Positions 21,601 through 36,600 of a stretch of DNA of 64,000 nt are shown here, piece after piece. This DNA comes from Antedon mediterranea (lineage: Eukaryota > Animalia > Echinodermata). Where the stretch lies: NCBI RefSeq assembly GCF_964355755.1, contig NC_092678.1, positions 9,794,352 through 9,858,351 of the forward strand, in the 5' to 3' direction. The notes under the pieces are model-generated. The model did no database searches and was not told where the DNA came from. It was given only the letters and a program-made list of their open reading frames with translations. Within the stretch, counting starts at the first letter, position 1. Each line of letters starts with the position of its first letter. Position numbers and translations under genes: made by a program.

Positions 21601-24600
21601 TTGGTGTTTTTGTTTGAAAAGTTTTAACGAAATGCTCAAAATGGTCTAAAACGGTTCTAATGTGATTTTAAGCACTTTGATGTTTTTGTATAACCAAGTT
21701 TCATCGAAATGCTCAAAATGGTCTAAAACGTTTTTAAAACGATATTAAGCTATTTTGTGCTCTTTGATGTTTTTGTGTAACCAAGTTTTTTCGAAAATCA
21801 CAAAATGGTCTAAAACGTCTCCAAATGCGATTTGAAGCTTTTCTAAGCACTTTGGTGTTTTTATGTTAACAAGTTTTTTCGAAAATCACAAAATGGTCTA
21901 AAACGTCACAAAATGCGATTTGAAGGTATTCTGAGCACTTTGGTGTTTTTGTGTGAAAAAAGTTTTGTCGAAATGCTCAAAATGGTCTAAAACGTTTTTA
22001 AAACGATATTAAGCTATTTTGTGCTCTTTGATGTTTTTGTGTAACCAAGTTTTATCGAAATGAACAAAATGGTCTAAAACGTCTCCAAATGCGATTTGAA
22101 GCTTTTCCAAGCACTTTGCTGTTTTTATATTAAGTTTTTTCGAAAATCACAAAATGGTCTAAAACGTCTCTAAATGCGATTTGAAGGTATTCTGAGCAAT
22201 TTGGTGTTTTTGTGTGAAAAGTTTTAACGAAATGCTCAAAATTGTCTAAAACGGTTTCTAATGTGATTTTAAGCACTTTGATGTTTTTGTAAAACCAAGT
22301 TTCATCGAAATGCACAAAATGGTCTAAAACGTCTCCAAATGCGATTTGAAGCTATTCTGTACACTTTGATGTTTTGTGTGAAAAAAGTTTTGTCGAAATG
22401 CTCAAAATGGTCTAAAACGTTTTTAAAACGATATTAAGCTATTTTGTGCTCTTTGATGTTTTTGTGTAACCAAGTTTTTTCGAATTGAACAAAATGGTCT
22501 AAAACGTCTCCAAATGCGATTTGAAGCTTTTCCAAGCACTTTGCTGTTTTTATGTTAACAGGTTTTTTCGAAAATCACAAAATGGTCTAAAACGTCTCAA
22601 AATGCGATTTGAAGGTATTCTGAGCACTTTGGTGTTTTTGTGTGAAAAGTTTTAACGAAATGCTCAAAATTGTCTAAAACGGTTTCTAATGTGATTTTAA
22701 GCACTTTGATGTTTTTGTAAAACCAAGTTTCATCGAAATGCACAAAATGGTCTAAAATGTCTCCAAATGCGATTTGAAGCTTTTCCAAGCACTTTGCTGT
22801 TTTTATGTTAACAAGCTTTTTCGAAAATCACAAAATGGTCTAAAACGTCTCCAAATGTGATTTGAAGATATTCTGAGCACTTTGGTGTTTTTATGTTAAA
22901 AAGTTTTTTCGAAAATCACAAAATGGTCTAAAACGTCTCCAAATGCGATATGAAGATATTCTGAGCACTTTGGTGTTTTTATGTTAAAAAGTTTTTTCGA
23001 AAATCACAAAATGGTCTAAAACGTCTCCAAATGCGATTTGAAGCTATTCTGTACACTTTGATGTTTTGTGTGAAAAAGTTTTGTCGAAATGCTCAAAATG
23101 GTTTAAAACGTTTTTAAAACGATATTAAGCTATTTTGTGCTCTTTGATGTTTTTGTATAACCAAGTTTCATCGAAATGCACAAAATGGTCTAAAACGTCT
23201 CCAAATACGATTTGAAGCTTTTCCAAGCACTTTGCTGTTTTTATGTTAACAAGTTTTTTCGAAAATCACAAAATTGTCTAAAACGTCTCAAAATGCGATT
23301 TGAAGGTATTCTGAGCACTTTGGTGTTTTTGTGTGAAAAGTTTTAACGAAAAGCTCAAAATGGTCTAAAACGGTTCTAATGTGATTTTAAGCACTTTGAT
23401 GTTTTTGTACAACCAAGTTTCATCGAAATGCTCAAAATGGTCTAAAACGTTTTTAAAACGATATTAAGCTATTTTGTGCTCTTTGATGTTTTTGGGTAAC
23501 CAAGTTTTTTTCGAAAATCACAAAATGGTCTAAAACGTCTCCAAATGCGATTTGAAGCTTTTCTAAGCACTTTGGTGTTTTTATGTTAACAAGTTTTTTC
23601 GAAAATCGCAAAATGGTCTAAAACGTCTCAAAATGCGATTTGAAGGTATTCTGAGCACTTTGGTGTTTTTGTGTGAAAAGTTTTAACGAAATGCTCAAAA
23701 TGGTCTAAAACGGTTTCTAATGTGATTTTAACCACTTTGATGTTTTTGTGTAACCAAGTTCTTTTCGAAAATCACAAAATGGTCTAAAACGTCTCCAAAT
23801 GCGATTTGAAGCTTTTCTAAGCACTTTGGTGTTTTTATGTTAACAAGTTTTTTCGAAAATCACAAAATGGTCTAAAACGTCTCAAAATGCGATTTGAAGG
23901 TATTCTGAGCACTTTGGTGTTTTTGTGTGAAAAGTTTTAACGAAATGCTCAAAATGGTCTAAAGCGGTTTCTAATGTGATTTTAACCACTTTGATGTTTT
24001 TGTGTAACCAAGTTTTTTCGAAAATCACAAAATGGTCTAAAACGTCTCCAAATGCGATTTGAAGCTTTTCTAAGCACTTTGGTGTTTTTATGTTAAGTTT
24101 TTTCGAAAATCACAAAATGGTCTAAAACGTCTCCAAATGCGATTTGAAGCTATTCTGTACACTTTGATGTTTTGTGTGAAAAAAGTTTTGTCGAAATGCT
24201 CAAATTGGTCTAAAACGTTTTTAAAACGATATTAAGCTATTTTGTGCTCTTTGATGTTTTTGTGTAACCAAGTTTTATCGAAATGAACAAAATGTTCTAA
24301 AACGTCTCCAAATGCGATTTGAAGCTTTTCCAAGCACTTTGCTGTTTTTATGTTAAGTTTTTTCGAAAATCACAAAATGGTCTAAAACGTCTCTAAATGC
24401 GATTTGAAGGTATTCTGAGCACTTTGGTGTTTTTGTGTGAAAAGTTTTAACGAAATGCTCAAAATTGTCTAAAACGGTTTCTAATGTGATTTTAAGCACT
24501 TTGATGTTTTTGTAAAACCAAGTTTCATCGAAATGCACAAAATGGTCTAAAACGTCTCCAAATGCGATTTGAAGCTTTTCCAAGCACTTTGCTGTTTTTA

Positions 24601-27600
24601 TGTTAACAAGTTTTTTCGAAAATCACAAAATGGTCTAAAACGTCTCCAAATGCGATTTGAAGATATTCTGAGCACTTTGGTGTTTTTATGTTAAAAAGTT
24701 TTTTCGAAAATCACAAAATGGTCTAAAACGTCTCCAAATGCGATTTGAAGCTATTCTGTACACTTTGATGTTTTGTGTGAAAAAGTTTTGTCGAAATGCT
24801 CAAAATGGTTTAAAACGTTTTTAAAACGATATTAAGCTATTTTGTGCTCTTTGATGTTTTTGTATAACCAAGTTTCATCGAAATGCACAAAATGGTCTAA
24901 AACGTCTCCAAATACGATTTGAAGCTTTTCTAAGCACTTTTCTGTTTTTATGTTAACAAGTTTTTTCGAAAATCACAAAATGGTCTAAAACGTCTCCAAA
25001 TGCGATTTGAAGATATTCTGAGCACTTTGGTGTTTTTATGTTAAAAAGTTTTTTCGAAAATGGTCTAACACGTCTCCAAATGCGATTTGAAGCTCTTCTG
25101 TACACTTTGATGTTTTGTGTGAAAAAGTTTAGTCGAAATGCTCAAAATGGTCTAAAACGTTTTTAAAACGATATTAAGCTATTTTGTGCTCTTTGTTGTT
25201 TTTGTGTAACCAAGTTTCATCGAAATGAACAAAATGATCTAAAACGTCTCCAAATGCGATTTGAAGCTTTTCCAAGCACTTTGCTGTTTTTATGTTAACA
25301 AGTTTTTTCGAAAATCACAAAATGGTCTAAAACGTCTCAAAATGCGATTTGAAGGTATTCTGAGCATTTTGGTGTTTTTGTGTGAAAAGTTTTAACGAAA
25401 TGCTCAAAATGGTCTAAAACGGTTTCTAATGTGATTTTAAGCACTTTGATGTTTTTGTAAAACCAAGTTTCATCGAAATGCACAAAATGGTCTAAAACGT
25501 CTCCAAATGCGATTTGAAGCTTTTCTAAGCACTTTGGTGTTTTTATGTTAACAAGTTTTTTCGAAAATCACAAAATGGTCTAAAATGTCTCCAAATGCGA
25601 TTTGAACATATTCTGAGCACTTTGGTGTTTTTATGTTAAAAAGTTTTTACAAAAATCACAAAATGGTCTAAAACGTCTCCAAATGCGATTTGAAGCTCTT
25701 CTGTACATTTTGATGTTTTGTGTGAAAAAGTTTTGTCGAAATCCTCAAAATGGTCTAAAACGTTTTTAAATACGATATTAAGCTGTTTTGTGCACTTTGA
25801 TGATTTGTGTGAAAAGTTTTAACAAAATGCTCAAAATGGTCTAAAACGGTTTCTAATGTGATTTTAAGCACTTTGATGTTTTTGTGTAACCAAGTTTTTT
25901 CGAAAATCACAAAATGGTCTAAAACGTCTCCAAATGCGATTTGAAGCTTTCCTAAGCACTTTGGTGTTTTTATGTTAACAAGTTTTTTCGAAAATCACAA
26001 AATGGTCTAAAACGTCTCAAAATGCGATTTGAAGGTATTCTTAGCACTTTGGTGTTTTTGTGTGAAAGTTTTAACGAAATGCTCAAAATGGTCTAAAACG
26101 GTTTCTAATGTGATTTTAACCACTTTGATGTTTTTGTGTAACCAAGTTTTTTCGAAAATCACAAAATGGTCTAAAACGTCTCCAAATGCGATTTGAAGCT
26201 TTTCTAAGCACTTTGGTGTTTTTATGTTAACAAGTTTTTTCGAAAATCACAAAATGGTCTAAAACGTCTCCAAATGCGATTTGAAGATATTCTGAGCACT
26301 TTGGTGTTTTTATGTTAAAAAGTTTTTTCGAAAATCACAAAATGGTCTAAAACGTCTCCAAATGCGATTTGAAGCTATTCTGTACACTTTGATGTTTTGT
26401 GTGAAAAAGTTTTGTCGAAATGAACAAAATGGTCTAAAACGTTTTTAAAACGATATTAAGCTATTTTGTGCTCTTTGATGTTTTTGTGTAACCAAGTTTC
26501 ATCGAAATGAACAAAATGATCTAAAACGTCTCCAAATGCGATTTGAAGCTTTTCCAAGCACTTTGCTGTTTTTATGTTAACAAGTTTTTTCGAAAATCAC
26601 AAAATGGTCTAAAACGTCTCAAAATGCGATTTGAAGGTATTCTGAGCATTTTGGTGTTTTTGTGTGAAAAGTTTTAACGAAATGCTCAAAATGGTCTAAA
26701 ACGGTTTCTAATGTGATTTTAAGCACTTTGATGTTTTTGTAAAACCAAGTTTCATCGAAATGCACAAAATGGTCTAAAACGTCTCCAAATGCGATTTGAA
26801 GCTTTTCTAAGCACTTTGGTGTTTTTATGTTAACAAGTTTTTTCGAAAATCACAAAATGGTCTAAAATGTCTCCAAATGCGATTTGAACATATTCTGAGC
26901 ACTTTGGTGTTTTTATGTTAAAAAGTTTTTACAAAAATCACAAAATGGTCAAAAACGTCTCCAAATGCGATTTGAAGCTCTTCTGTACATTTTGATGTTT
27001 TGTGTGAAAAAGTTTTGTCGAAATCCTCAAAATGGTCTAAAACGTTTTTAAATACGATATTAAGCTGTTTTGTGCACTTTGATGATTTGTGTGAAAAGTT
27101 TTAACAAAATGCTCAAAATGGTCTAAAACGGTTTCTAATGTGATTTTAAGCACTTTGATGTTTTTGTGTAACCAAGTTTTTTCGAAAATCACAAAATGGT
27201 CTAAAACGTCTCCAAATGCGATTTGAAGCTTTCCTAAGCACTTTGGTGTTTTTATGTTAACAAGTTTTTTCGAAAATCACAAAATGGTCTAAAACGTCTC
27301 AAAATGCGATTTGAAGGTATTCTTAGCACTTTGGTGTTTTTGTGTGAAAGTTTTAACGAAATGCTCAAAATGGTCTAAAACGGTTTCTAATGTGATTTTA
27401 ACCACTTTGATGTTTTTGTGTAACCAAGTTTTTTCGAAAATCACAAAATGGTCTAAAACGTCTCCAAATGCGATTTGAAGCTTTTCTAAGCACTTTGGTG
27501 TTTTTATGTTAACAAGTTTTTTCGAAAATCACAAAATGGTCTAAAACGTCTCAAAATGCGATTGAAGGTATTCTGAGCACTTTGGTGTTTTTGTTTGAAA

Positions 27601-30600
27601 AGTTTTAACGAAATGCTCAAAATGGTCTAAAACGGTTCTAATGTGATTTTAAGCACTTTGATGTTTTTGTATAACCAAGTTTCATCGAAATGCTCAAAAT
27701 GGTCTAAAACGTTTTTAAAACGATATTAAGCTATTTTGTGCTCTTTGATGTTTTTGTGTAACCAAGTTTTTTCGAAAATCACAAAATGGTCTAAAACGTC
27801 TCCAAATGCGATTTGAAGCTTTTCTAAGCACTTTGGTGTTTTTATGTTAACAAGTTTTTTCGAAAATCACAAAATGGTCTAAAACGTCACAAAATGCGAT
27901 TTGAAGGTATTCTGAGCACTTTGGTGTTTTTGTGTGAAAAGTTTTAACGAAATGCTCAAAATGGTCTAAAACGGTTTCTAATGTGATTTTAACCACTTTG
28001 ATGTTTTTGTGTAACCAAGTTCTTTTCGAAAATCACAAAATGGTCTAAAACGTCTCCAAATGCGATTTGAAGCTCTTCTGTACACTTTGATGTTTTGTGT
28101 GAAAAAAGTTTTGTCGAAATGCTCAAAATGGTCTAAAACGTTTTTAAACGATATTAAGCTATTTTGTGCTCTTTGATGTTTTTGTGTAACCAAGTTTTTT
28201 CGAAAATCACAAAATTGTCTAAAACGTCTCCGAATGCGATTTGAAGCTCTTCTGTACACTTTGATGTTTTGTGTGAAAAAGTTTTCTCGAAATGCTAAAA
28301 ATGGTATAAAAACGTTTTCCAATACCATATTAAGCTATTTTGTGCAATTTGATGTTTTTGTGTGACCAAGTTTTTTCGAAAATCACAAAATTGTCTAAAA
28401 CGTCTCCGAATGCGATTTGAAGCTCTTCTGTACACTTTGATGTTTTGTGTGAAAAAGTTTTCTCGAAATGCTAAAAATGGTATAAAAACGTTTTCCAATA
28501 CCATATTAAGCTATTTTGTGCAATTTGATGTTTTTGTGTAACCAAGTTTTTTCGAAAATCACAAAATTGTCTAAAACGTCTCCGAATGCGATTTGAAGCT
28601 CTTCTGTACACTTTGATGTTTTGTGTGAAAAAGTTTTCTCGAAATGCTAAAAATGGTCTAAAACGTTTTCCAATACCATATTAAGCTATTTTGTGCAATT
28701 TGATGTTTTTGTGTAACCAAGTTTTTTCGAAAATCACAAAATGGTCTAAAACGTCTCCAAATGCGATTTGAAGATATTCTGAGCACTTTGGTGTTTTTAT
28801 GTTAAAAAGTTTTTTGGAAAATCACAAAATGGTCTAAAACGACTCCAAATGCGATTTGAAGCTATCCTGTACACTTTGATGTTTTGTGTGAAAAAGTTTT
28901 GTCGAAATGCTCAAAATGATCTAAAACGTTTTTAAAACGATATTAAGCTATTTTGTGCTCTTTGATGTTTTTGTGTATCCAAGTTTCATCGAAATGAACA
29001 AAATGGTCTAAAACGTTTTTAAATACGATATTAAGCTGTTTTGTGCACTTTGATGATTTGTGTGAAAAGTTTTAACGAAATGCTCAAAATAGTCCAAAAC
29101 GGTTTCTAATGTGATTTTAAGCACTTTGATGTTTTTGTGTAACCAAGTTTTTTCGGAAATCACAAAATGGTATAAAACGTCTCCAAATGCGATTTGAAGC
29201 TTTTCTAAGCACTTTGGTGTTTTTATGTTAACAAGTTTTTTCGAAAATCACAAAATGGTCTAAAACGTCTCAAAATGCGATTTGAAGGTAATCTGAGCAC
29301 TTTGGTGTTTTTGTGTGAAAAGTTTTAACAAAATGCTCAAAATGGTCTAAAACGGTTTTTAATGTGATTTTAACCACTTTGATGTTTTTGTGTAACCAAG
29401 TTTTTTCGAAAATCACAAAATTGTCTAAAACGTCTCCAAATGCGATTTGAAGCTCTTCTGTACACTTTGATGTTTTGTGTGAAAAAGTTTTGTCGAAATG
29501 CTCAAAATGGTCTAAAACGTTTTTAAATACGAAATTAAGCTGTTTTGTGCACTTTGATGATTTGTGTGAAAAGTTTTAACGAAATGCTCAAAATAGTCTA
29601 TAACGGTTTCTAATGTGATTTTAAGCACTTTGATGTTTTTGTGTAACCAATTTTTTTCGGAAATCACAAAATGGTCTAAAACGTCTTCAAATGCGATTTG
29701 AAGCTTTTCTAAGCACTTTGGTGTTTTTATGTTAACAAGTTTTTTCGAAAATCACAAAATGGTCTAAAACGTCTCAAAATGCGATTTGAAGGTATTCTGA
29801 GCACTTTGGTGTTTTTGTGTGAAAAAAGTTTTGTCGAAATGCTCAAAATGGTCTAAAACGTTTTTAAAACGATATTAAGCTATTTTGTGCTCTTTGATGT
29901 TTTTGTGTAACCAAGTTTTATCGAAATGAACAAAATGGTCTAAAACGTCTCCAAATGCGATTTGAAGCTTTTCCAAGCACTTTGCTGTTTTTATATTAAG
30001 TTTTTTCGAAAATCACAAAATGGTCTAAAACGTCTCTAAATGCGATTTGAAGGTATTCTGAGCAATTTGGTGTTTTTGTGTGAAAAGTTTTAACGAAATG
30101 CTCAAAATTGTCTAAAACGGTTTCTAATGTGATTTTAAGCACTTTGATGTTTTTGTAAAACCAAGTTTCATCGAAATGCACAAAATGGTCTAAAACGTCT
30201 CTAAATGCGATTTGAAGCTATTCTGTACACTTTGATGTTTTGTGTGAAAAAAGTTTTGTCGAAATGCTCAAAATGGTCTAAAACGTTTTTAAAACGATAT
30301 TAAGCTATTTTGTGCTCTTTGATGTTTTTGTGTAACCAAGTTTTATCGAAATGAACAAAATGGTCTAAAACGTCTCCAAATGCAATTTGAAGCTTTTCCA
30401 AGCACTTTGCTGTTTTTATGTTAACAGGTTTTTTCGAAAATTACAAAATGGTCTAAAACGTCTCAAAATGCGATTTGAAGGTATTCTGAGCACTTTGGTG
30501 TTTTTGTGTGAAAAGTTTTAACGAAATGCTCAAAATTGTCTAAAACGGTTTCTAATGTGATTTTAAGCACTTTGATGTTTTTGTAAAACCAAGTTTCATC

Positions 30601-33600
30601 GAAATGCACAAAATGGTCTAAAATGTCTCCAAATGCGATTTGAAGCTTTTCCAAGCACTTTGCTGTTTTTATGTTAACAAGCTTTTTCGAAAATCACAAA
30701 ATGGTCTAAAACGTCTCCAAATGTGATTTGAAGATATTCTGAGCACTTTGGTGTTTTTATGTTAAAAAGTTTTTTCGAAAATCACAAAATGGTCTAAAAC
30801 GTCTCCAAATGCGATTTGAAGATATTCTGAGCACTTTGGTGTTTTTATGTTAAAAAGTTTTTTCGAAAATCACAAAATGGTCTAAAACGTCTCCAAATGC
30901 GATTTGAAGCTATTCTGTACACTTTGATGTTTTGTGTGAAAAAGTTTTGTCGAAATGCTCAAAATGGTTTAAAACGTTTTTAAAACGATATTAGGCTATT
31001 TTGTGCTCTTTGATGTTTTTGTATAACCAAGTTTCATCGAAATGCACAAAATGGTCTAAAACGTCTCCAAATACGATTTGAAGCTTTTCCAAGCACTTTG
31101 CTGTTTTTATGTTAACAAGTTTTTTCGAAAATCACAAAATTGTCTAAAACGTCTCAAAATGCGATTTGAAGGTATTCTGAGCACTTTGGTGTTTTTGTGT
31201 GAAAAGTTTTAACGAAAAGCTCAAAATGGTCTAAAACGGTTCTAATGTGATTTTAAGCACTTTGATGTTTTTGTACAACCAAGTTTCATCGAAATGCTCA
31301 AAATGGTCTAAAACGTTTTTAAAACGATATTAAGCTATTTTGTGCTCTTTGATGTTTTTGTGTAACCAAGTTTTTTTCGAAAATCACAAAATGGTCTAAA
31401 ACGTCTCCAAATGCGATTTGAAGCTTTTCTAAGCACTTTGGTGTTTTTATGTTAACAAGTTTTTTCGAAAATCGCAAAATGGTCTAAAACGTCTCAAAAT
31501 GCGATTTGAAGGTATTCTGAGCACTTTGGTGTTTTTGTGTGAAAAGTTTTAACGAAATGCTCAAAATGGTCTAAAACGGTTTCTAATGTGATTTTAACCA
31601 CTTTGATGTTTTTGTGTAACCAAGTTCTTTTCGAAAATCACAAAATGGTCTAAAACGTCTCCAAATGCGATTTGAAGCTTTTCTAAGCACTTTGGTGTTT
31701 TTATGTTAACAAGTTTTTTCGAAAATCACAAAATGGTCTAAAACGTCTCAAAATGCGATTTGAAGGTATTCTGAGCACTTTGGTGTTTTTGTGTGAAAAG
31801 TTTTAACGAAATGCTCAAAATGGTCTAAAGCGGTTTCTAATGTGATTTTAACCACTTTGATGTTTTTGTGTAACCAAGTTTTTTCGAAAATCACAAAATG
31901 GTCTAAAACGTCTCCAAATGCGATTTGAAGATATTCTGAGCACTTTGGTGTTTTTATGTTAAAAAGTTTTTTCGAAAATCACAAAATGGTCTAAAACGTC
32001 TCCAAATGCGATTTGAAGCTATTCTGTACACTTTGATGTTTTGTGTGAAAAAGTTTTGTCGAAATGCTCAAAATGGTTTAAAACGTTTTTAAAACGATAT
32101 TAAGCTATTTTGTGCTCTTTGATGTTTTTGTATAACCAAGTTTCATCGAAATGCACAAAATGGTCTAAAACGTCTCCAAATACGATTTGAAGCTTTTCCA
32201 AGCACTTTGCTGTTTTTATGTTAACAAGTTTTTTCGAAAATCACAAAATTGTCTAAAACGTCTCAAAATGCGATTTGAAGGTATTCTGAGCACTTTGGTG
32301 TTTTTGTGTGAAAAGTTTTAACGAAAAGCTCAAAATGGTCTAAAACGGTTCTAATGTGATTTTAAGCACTTTGATGTTTTTGTACAACCAAGTTTCATCG
32401 AAATGCTCAAAATGGTCTAAAACGTTTTTAAAACGATATTAAGCTATTTTGTGCTCTTTGATGTTTTTGTGTAACCAAGTTTTTTTCGAAAATCACAAAA
32501 TGGTCTAAAACGTCTCCAAATGCGATTTGAAGCTTTTCTAAGCACTTTGGTGTTTTTATGTTAACAAGTTTTTTCGAAAATCGCAAAATGGTCTAAAACG
32601 TCTCAAAATGCGATTTGAAGGTATTCTGAGCACTTTGGTGTTTTTGTGTGAAAAGTTTTAACGAAATGCTCAAAATGGTCTAAAACGGTTTCTAATGTGA
32701 TTTTAACCACTTTGATGTTTTTGTGTAACCAAGTTCTTTTCGAAAATCACAAAATGGTCTAAAACGTCTCCAAATGCGATTTGAAGCTTTTCTAAGCACT
32801 TTGGTGTTTTTATGTTAACAAGTTTTTTCGAAAATCACAAAATGGTCTAAAACGTCTCAAAATGCGATTTGAAGGTATTCTGAGCACTTTGGTGTTTTTG
32901 TGTGAAAAGTTTTAACGAAATGCTCAAAATGGTCTAAAACGGTTTCTAATGTGATTTTAACCACTTTGATGTTTTTGTGTAACCAAGTTTTTTCGAAAAT
33001 CACAAAATGGTCTAAAACGTCTCCAAATGCGATTTGAAGCTTTTCTAAGCACTTTGGTGTTTTTATGTTAACAAGTTTTTTCGAAAATCACAAAATGGTC
33101 TAAAACGTCTCCAAATGCGATTTGAAGATATTCTGAGCACTTTGGTGTTTTTATGTTAAAAAGTTTTTTCGAAAATCACAAAATGGTCTAAAACGTCTCT
33201 AAATGCGATTTGAAGGTATTCTGAGCACTTTGGTGTTTTTGTGTGAAAAGTTTTAACGAAATGCTCAAAATTGTCTAAAACGGTTTCTAATGTGATTTTA
33301 AGCACTTTGATGTTTTTGTAAAACCAAGTTTCATCGAAATGCACAAAATGGTCTAAAACGTCTCCAAATGCGATTTGAAGCTATTCTGTACACTTTGATG
33401 TTTTGTGTGAAAAAAGTTTTGTCGAAATGCTCAAAATGGTCTAAAACGTTTTTAAAACGATATTAAGCTATTTTGTGCTCTTTGATGTTTTTGTGTAACC
33501 AAGTTTTATCGAAATGAACAAAATGTTCTAAAACGTCTCCAAATGCGATTTGAAGCTTTTCCAAGCACTTTGCTGTTTTTATGTTAAGTTTTTTCGAAAA

Positions 33601-36600
33601 TCACAAAATGGTCTAAAACGTCTCTAAATGCGATTTGAAGGTATTCTGAGCACTTTGGTGTTTTTGTGTGAAAAGTTTTAACGAAATGCTCAAAATTGTC
33701 TAAAACGGTTTCTAATGTGATTTTAAGCACTTTGATGTTTTTGTAAAACCAAGTTTCATCGAAATGCACAAAATGGTCTAAAACGTCTCCAAATGCGATT
33801 TGAAGCTTTTCCAAGCACTTTGCTGTTTTTATGTTAACAAGCTTTTTCGAAAATCACAAAATGGTCTAAAACGTCTCCAAATGCGATTTGAAGATATTCT
33901 GAGCACTTTGGTGTTTTTATGTTAAAAAGTTTTTTCGAAAATCACAAAATGGTCTAAAACGTCTCCAAATGCGATTTGAAGCTCTTCTGTACACTTTGAT
34001 GTTTTGTGTGAAAAAGTTTTGTCAAAATGCTCAAAATGGTCTAAAACGTTTTTAAAACGATATTAGGCTATTTTGTGCTCTTTGATGTTTTTGTATAACC
34101 AAGTTTTTTCGAAAATCACAAAATTGTCTAAAACGTCTCCAAATGCGATTTGAAGATATTCTGAGCACTTTGGTGTTTTTATGTTAAAAAGTTTTTTCGA
34201 AAATCACAAAATGGTCTAAAACGTCTCCAAATGCGATTTGAAGATATTCTGAGCACTTTGGTGTTTTGTGTGAAAAGTTTTGTCGAAATGCTCAAAATGG
34301 TCTAAAACGTTTTTAAAACGATATTAAGCTATTTTGTGCTCTTTGATGTTTTTGTGTAACCAAGTTTCATCGAAATGAACAAAATGGTCTAAAACGTCTC
34401 CAAATGCGATTTGAAGCTTTTCTAAGCACTTTGGTGTTTTTATGTTAACAAGTTTTTTCGAAAATCACAAAATGGTCTAAAACGTCTCCAAATGCGATTT
34501 GAAGATATTCTGAGCACTTTGCTGTTTTTATGTTAACAAGTTTTTTCGAAAATCACAAAATGGTCTAAAACGTCTCAAAATGCTATTTGAAGGTATTCTG
34601 AGCACTTTGGTGTTTTTGTGTGAAAAGTTTTAACGAAATGCTCAAAATGGTCTAAAACGGTTCTAATGTGATTTTAAGCACTTTGATGTTTTTGTATAAC
34701 CAAGTTTCATCGAAATGCTCAAAATGGTCTAAAACGTTTTTAAAACGATATTAAGCTATTTTGTGCTCTTTGATGTTTTTGTGTAACGAAGTTTCATCGA
34801 AATTAACAAAATGGTCTAAAACGTCTCCAAATGCGATTTGAAGCTTTTCCAAGCACTTTGCTGTTTTTATGTTAACAAGTTTTTTCGAAAATCACAAAAT
34901 GGCCTAAAACGTCTCAAAATGCGATTTCAAGGTATTCTGAGCACTTTGGTGTTTTTGTGTGAAAGGCTTTAACGAAATGCTCAAAATGGTCTAAAACGGT
35001 TTCTAATGTGATTTTAAGCACTTTGATGTTTTTGTATAACCAAGTTTCATCGAAATGCACAAAATGGTCTAAAACGTCTCCAAATGCGATTTGAAGCTTT
35101 TCTAAGCACTTTGCTGTTTTTATGTTAAAAAGTTTTTTCGAAAATCACAAAATGGTCTAAAACGTCTCCAAATGCGATTTGAAGATATTCTGAGCACTTT
35201 GATGCTTTTATGGTAACAAGTTTTTTAGAAAATCACAAAATGGTCTAAAACATCTCCAAATGCGATTTAAAGCTATTTTAAGCACTTTTGTGTTTTTGTG
35301 TAACCAAGTTTTTTCGAAAATCACAAAAGGGTCTAAAATGTCTCTAAATGCGATTTGAAGCTACTCTAAGCACTTTGGTGTTTTTATGTTAACAAGTTTT
35401 TTCGAAAATCACAAAATGGTCTAAAATGTCTCCAAATGCGATTTGAAGCTATTCTGTACACTTTGCTGTTTTGTGTGAAAAATGTTTGTCGAAATCCTCA
35501 AAATGGTCAAAAACGTTTTTAAATACGATATTAAGCTATTTTGTGCTCTTTGATGTTTTTGTATAACCAAGTTTTTTCGAAAATCACAAAATTGTCTAAA
35601 ACGTCTCCAAATGCGATTTGAAGATATTCTGAGCACTTTGGTGTTTTGTGTGAAAAGTTTTGTCGAAATGCTCAAAATGGTCTAAAACGTTTTTAAAACG
35701 ATATTAAGCTATTTTGTGCTCTTTGATGTTTTTGTGTTACCAAGTTTCATCGAAATGAACAAAATGGTCTAAAACGTCTCCAAATGCGATTTGAAGCTTT
35801 TCTAAGCACTTTGGTGTTTTTATGTTAACAAGTTTTTTCGAAAATCACAAAATGGTCTAAAACGTCTCCAAATGCGATTTGAAGATATTCTGAGCACTTT
35901 GCTGTTTTTATGTTAACAAGTTTTTTCGAAAATCACAAAATGGTCTAAAACGTCTCAAAATGCTATTTGAAGGTATTCTGAGCACTTTGGTGTTTTTGTG
36001 TGAAAAGTTTTAACGAAATGCTCAAAATGGTCTAAAACGGTTCTAATGTGATTTTAAGCACTTTGATGTTTTTGTATAACCAAGTTTCATCGAAATGCTC
36101 AAAATGGTCTAAAACGTTTTTAAAACGATATTAAGCTATTTTGTGCTCTTTGATGTTTTTGTGTAACGAAGTTTCATCGAAATGAACAAAATGGTCTAAA
36201 ACGTCTCCAAATGCGATTTGAAGCTTTTCCAAGCACTTTGCTGTTTTTATGTTAACAAGTTTTTTCGAAAATCACAAAATGGCCTAAAACGTCTCAAAAT
36301 GCGATTTCAAGGTATTCTGAGCACTTTGGTGTTTTTGTGTGAAAGGCTTTAACGAAATGCTCAAAATGGTCTAAAACGGTTTCTAATGTGATTTTAAGCA
36401 CTTTGATGTTTTTGTATAACCAAGTTTCATCGAAATGCACAAAATGGTCTAAAACGTCTCCAAATGCGATTTGAAGCTTTTCTAAGCACTTTGCTGTTTT
36501 TATGTTAAAAAGTTTTTTCGAAAATCACAAAATGGTCTAAAACGTCTCCAAATGCGATTTGAAGATATTCTGAGCACTTTGGTGTTTTTATGTTAAAAAG

